A DNA stretch of 64,000 nt from the IMG/VR virus record IMGVR_UViG_3300013426_000017, positions 111,407-175,406 of that record; one strand, written 5' to 3'. Of the stretch, positions 59,801 through 64,000 are shown piece after piece; positions within the stretch are counted from its first letter, which is position 1, and the number at the start of each line of letters is the position of its first letter. Made by a program: the position numbers and the translations under genes. The notes beneath the pieces are model-generated. The model saw nothing but the letters and a program-made list of their open reading frames with translations, was not told the DNA's origin and searched no databases. This DNA comes from a virus. Its lineage: Duplodnaviria > Caudoviricetes.

Positions 59801-62591
59801 TGACAGCATTTTGCACCTTCTGCAACGCGGTTAATGTATGTGTAAATCTCTTTAATGCCGTATCTTGTATTTCTGCTGCCGCACTAGCAGCTTCTAAGGC
59901 CTTTTTTAAAGCCTATTCAGCACTTCCTGTTTTAATCAACTCATTTCGAAAAACTTCTAAATCTTTCGTGCTTAAATTGAACTACTTAGCCAATTTTTCT
60001 TCTAAACCACGAATCCGCTCTAAATTATCTTCAGTAGCCTATTGAAAACCCGAAGAAATTATATTACCCTTCTTATCACGACTGCCTTCGCTTAGCATTT
60101 CTATTAAAGCTGGTAAATCGTCATTAAATTCACTAGGATCATCTAAGGATAAACCGTCTAAAGTCTTTTGTAAAGCGGTGGTTTTAACTCCAGCTTCTCC
60201 TAATAAATCTATTAATCCCTATAATTCATTCTTTAAAACATTCCAACTATCAGAATCTAAAGTCTCACCGGAAATATCTGGCACTCGTGCAAGAATAGCT
60301 TGTAATTGTTCCGAACCCGTATCTAATTTACCCTATAATTTAGAATAATTTTCTAAACCACCCTATCCATTAATACCATAAATTAAATCATTATAATAAC
60401 GTGCCTAACCTAAATCCTCCGTAGAATAAGATTGAATTCGTTTAAAAATCTTCTATAATTCTTTATTTTTACCTGTTCTTTTTCCATTTAAAAATTTACT
60501 AATATCATTTTCGCTAATTGAAGAACCACCTAACTCCTGAATAAGTGAAGTAATTTCTGTTTTCTCTGTATCAAAACTTGTAGAATTATTACCCCATATC
60601 GCTTTTATCCAATCCTGCGACCATTCTTCTTTGGACATTTTTAACCAATTACTAGTTAACTAACCAACACCCTCAAATTGTGTAACTTTATCTTTTCTTA
60701 CATTTGAAGATAAATATAAACTACGTTCCGCAATCTTGGCCTACTAATTACCCGCGTCAACCTATTTTGCCATATTTTCAACCATTTCAGCTTCAACACG
60801 AGCTTGGTCAATTAACAAACTTAACTGCTAAGATTCTTGTGCAGTTAATTTATCTGCATTATTTAAACGATATTGCTATAATTTATTAATCTAAGCATAA
60901 ACATCAACGACCCCAGTACCAGTAGCATTACCCTGAGCCTAATACATAGATTGCAAATTAGACATTGCTTGCTCACGCAACTATTGGTCAGCCTCGTTAC
61001 GCGCTTGACGAACACTAGGAATTAAACCGCCAATATTATAAGCGGCCGTAGAAATACCTGCAGCAATCTTATCCCCCCAGAGTTTGTTCATCAATAGAAT
61101 TAAACCAGGCAACAATCCTGCTAATCCGCCCATTGAATCAATGATTTTATCAATTAAACCAACTACATCAGATAATGCATCCGTTAACCAAATAAAGAAA
61201 TCATCCTTCAGCAAATCATCATATAAAGTTTCCATAGATGCTTGCAAACGATTTCTTGCAGCTTCCCAAGACTCTTCATAAATCTTCTGCTGTTCATCAA
61301 GAGTACCTTCTGCGCCATAAGCAGTCGCCAAGTTCTCGCCCATGAAGTCCCAGTTATCCATTAACGCAACGAATTGCGTATACTGACGAACACCTGCAAC
61401 CGTCTGCGCCAATGCAATCTACTGGTCCTTACCGATAGTATCCCACTTAGAACCAATCTCATCTAGAATTTCATCCATGTCTTTCAGTTGGCCCGCTTCA
61501 TCCTTAATATTGACACCAACAGCTTCAAGAGCAGATGAATATTTATTCAAAGTAGTGCCATCATCTAGCGTCTCACCCAGATTCAAACCTTCAATACGAG
61601 CAAATAAGGTCTTTAATGCGGTACCAACAACATCAGCACTTTGGCGAGTCTTTGCAGTAATCGTAGTGAGTGCCGCAGTTGCATATTCATAACTTAATCC
61701 AACAGTATCAGCAACTGCTGCAAACTTTTCCAAGCCATCAGCAATCTCGTCAGTGCTAGATGCCGTGGCGGCGCCAAGTGCTGTCATTACATCGGCATAG
61801 TATTCAGCAGCATGTTCGCCATTTTTCATAAAGTTTTCCCATACTGCGGTCATTTGCTGCGATACGGTCTGTGCAGTCGTACCAGTAACATTCGCCATCT
61901 TGATGGTAGTATCAGTACGTTCCTTAACAGCCTTATCATCCAAGCCTTGCTGGTAATAAATCAAACTAGCATCAGTATAATCAAGTGTAGTAGCACTTAA
62001 CTCTTTCGCCGCTTTATTCGCTTGCTTGGCGAAGTCCGCCATACGATCTGCACTATAGCCAGTAACAATACGAATATCATTAAGAGACTTATTTAAATCC
62101 TTAGCATAATTATAGGCATCAGATAACCCACTCTACAGACCATGCATAATATTCGATGAAATCTGCCAGCCTGCTGTACGCTTTAAGGTATCCCATAATT
62201 TATCTAGTAGCCCCAAAGAACGAGTAAGTGGCGACTCTGATGCTACAATAGCCTTCGCTAAATCTGCAAACGCCGCCTGGCCACTCGGGCCTATCTAAAC
62301 CAATGCAGTACGATACTTCTCTAAACTCATTCCTGACTTCTGCATTTCCCTGTTGAATTTGGTTAAGTCAAGACTATTAGTATTAACATTAAGTGCGTTC
62401 TATAAATTCTGGCGCAGCTTGATTGCTGCTTCGGATGCCTAATTTAATTCGTTAGACAATTTATAGCCGCCCAAATCTAAATTCTATTGATTGGTTATAT
62501 TTCGTAATGATGATTGTAGTTTATTCAGAGCCTACTCGGCCGAAGAAGTCTCCGCAGTAAAATTCAATCTAACTTCAACAGTTCTACTCAT
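53805..62591 (-). CDS. Tail tape measure protein (2928 aa, many TAG)
   Basis: N-terminal TP901-type TMP domain (L..IRIVTG, YYQQG, VGTALKTLFARI, G...KDMDEIL, AGVRQ), TM-like segments, long coiled coils, C-terminal DTGGYTG..ALLHEKELVL. All large in-frame fragments join via TAG. Confidence 0.9.
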
Positions 62592-62627
62592 TACTCAATT
62601 CTCCTTTCTCTCGCTTTTATTTTTGCG

Positions 62628-62670
62628 CAAAAATAAAATAAGTCCGTCGAAAAATAATCGACGGACTATT
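62628..62670 (-). terminator. Intrinsic terminator-like hairpin before the tape measure gene
   Basis: AGTCCGTCGA-loop-TCGACGGACT followed on the minus strand by TATTTTATTTTT. Confidence 0.75.
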
Positions 62671-62703
62671 TCTCTATTTTATTTAAAAATTAAAATAGAT
62701 AGA

Positions 62704-63222
62704 TTAACCTAATTTATCCAAGACATCCTTTACCATAGTCAAACTTTCCGGCGCCAGATTAATATCCTTTACGATATCCTCTAACTCCAAATTCGACTCC
62801 TTAGCGTCGGCCATTAAGCCCTTCAAGATGCCACGTGCCGAGTTCTTATACTCATAAATTGAATGAATAAATTCCTCAACGCCACGGACTATGAAAGAAT
62901 AATCAGGACTTTCAGACACAATTGGAATAATAGCTTGGAAAACTCCATTGGAAAAAATGTCATACAAATCAAATATGCTAGCATTTTCATCCACTTTAAT
63001 ATCTGTGTATGCCAATACTAATTTTACAAGTAAATTAATTTTACCTAAACAAGGGTTATAGAAATCATTATCATCAATAGATGCATTAACAATATCACTT
63101 ATCAATTCCATTTTTTCCAATATGGGAATATTTTTCTTAACAGTAACTTGAGTATTGCCAATTGGAACAAGATCGGTAGAAGTATCAATACCTTCTATAC
63201 CCAATTCATTTATATTAATCAT
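62704..63222 (-). CDS. Hypothetical protein (position typical of tail assembly chaperone)
   Basis: 172-aa TAG-free ORF immediately upstream of the TMP. RBS AAAGGAG. Confidence 0.65.
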   Translation of the reverse strand: MININELGIEGIDTSTDLVPIGNTQVTVKKNIPILEKMELISDIVNASIDDNDFYNPCLGKINLLVKLVLAYTDIKVDENASIFDLYDIFSNGVFQAIIPIVSESPDYSFIVRGVEEFIHSIYEYKNSARGILKGLMADAKESNLELEDIVKDINLAPESLTMVKDVLDKLG

Positions 63223-63260
63223 GGTTAATTAATTTCTCCTTTATCACATCTTCTAACGAT

Positions 63261-63289
63261 ATTATATCGAAAAATTTTTATTTTGTCAA
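63261..63289 (-). promoter_or_regulatory. Consensus sigmaA promoter
   Basis: TTGACA-17-TATAAT, perfect match. Confidence 0.8.
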
Positions 63290-64000
63290 GTTTTTAATGA
63301 TTTTATCCACTTCCTAGGTAATCATGCCGGTATTAAATACTGCATTATGTTTACCAACCATAGATGTTTCTATGGTTTGCGTAAAGGGCACTAAAATCTA
63401 TCGTATTATCTCAGCAGTCAGCTTAGGATTATTCTTAGCATCTAACGAACCAAAAATAGCATCTAGCTAATTGATAACATCATTTAGGCTTCTTTCCGAA
63501 GACAAACCTAATATACTATGATTTGTTTTAGACTTCCTAACTATTTTATCAATATTAGAAAAATTTAAACTTTTAACAGAAACATTATCAATATCTCCGC
63601 CAGAATACCAGCTTAGATTGTCAACGGCCCTAGTGAAGTATAAACGTCGAATACCATCCCAATCTTGTAATCTATCATCAGTGGCATTCGCCATTGTTAT
63701 AAAAGCCTTAGCCTACTAACTATAATCAAATTTACAGTAACCTCGAGAATAATGCGCTTCAAAAACCTCTTGTGCTACACCTGGCGATTTAATTTTTCCG
63801 CCTACCACTTCTAATAAATGTCCTTGAAAATATCGGTAATGCTAACTAATATCAATTTGACTAGCTGCAGATTCCTACTTTAAAATATTGCCAGCATTAT
63901 CAAAAAAACGACTCAGGGCAGTTTTTGCGTCTAATCCTATGCGTTTACCTTGAGTAGAAAATATTTCATTAATTTGATTAGCAGAATACTCAACCCTCTG
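63278..64000 (-). CDS. Hypothetical protein, 5'-truncated, TAG-rich
   Basis: Frame of 63467..63694 continues through TAGs to TAA 63278. I did not trace the upstream part codon by codon. Confidence 0.55.

Noticed and set aside
3196-62712. Numerous short antisense or alternative-frame ORFs in the track (e.g. 13998-14345, 14915-15109, 17651-18004, 44248-44721, 59473-60045)
   Set aside because: They shadow well-supported genes on the other strand or frame and lack RBSs and motifs.
19556-64000. Fragmented tail genes as pseudogenes of a decaying prophage or as sequencing errors
   Set aside because: Breaks at track-fragment ends are TAG and fragments stay in frame with intact RBSs and terminators. 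Decay would also give TAA/TGA and frameshifts.
1-64000. Suppressor tRNA, CRISPR array or diversity-generating retroelement
   Set aside because: I saw no cloverleaf, regularly spaced repeats, reverse transcriptase or TR/VR pair. Intergenic spaces are short and mostly explained by promoters and terminators. A tRNA scan is still advisable.

Overview
A 64-kb slice of a large, AT-rich tailed-phage genome, probably infecting an anaerobic Firmicute (AGGAGG RBSs, sigmaA-type promoters, NrdD/NrdG). The key to reading it is TAG stop-codon reassignment, most likely to Gln (code 15). The dozens of short minus-strand ORFs in the supplied track are same-frame fragments of about 20 long genes separated only by TAG, and every gene I reconstructed ends in TAA or TGA. 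Plus strand 1-15.9 kb is a DNA/nucleotide-metabolism arm: dnaE (split by a group I intron with a GIY-YIG HEG), gmk, nrdD (one LAGLIDADG intein plus two group I introns with HNH HEGs), nrdG, two nucleoside-deoxyribosyltransferase-like genes, an NCS2 uracil permease and dUTPase. All of these are TAG-free. They are followed by a TAG-interrupted RuvC-like resolvase and a holin-like gene. Minus strand 64-15.9 kb is the virion arm: a 2928-aa tape measure protein, tail/baseplate genes, several fibre-like genes, a 2608-aa CotH-kinase/LRR giant protein and a holin. It ends in a separately promoted six-gene module of unknown function whose central Gly-rich membrane/coiled-coil gene is hidden by a 236-nt ORF-less group I intron. 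Other signals are a nine-copy promoter-associated motif (GGNCAA-N5-RWTAAT-N21/22-[-10]) and a strong excess of GGCGCC/GTGGCG. I found no tRNA, release factor, CRISPR array, capsid or endolysin gene. All calls come from manual reading and motif recall, not database searches.
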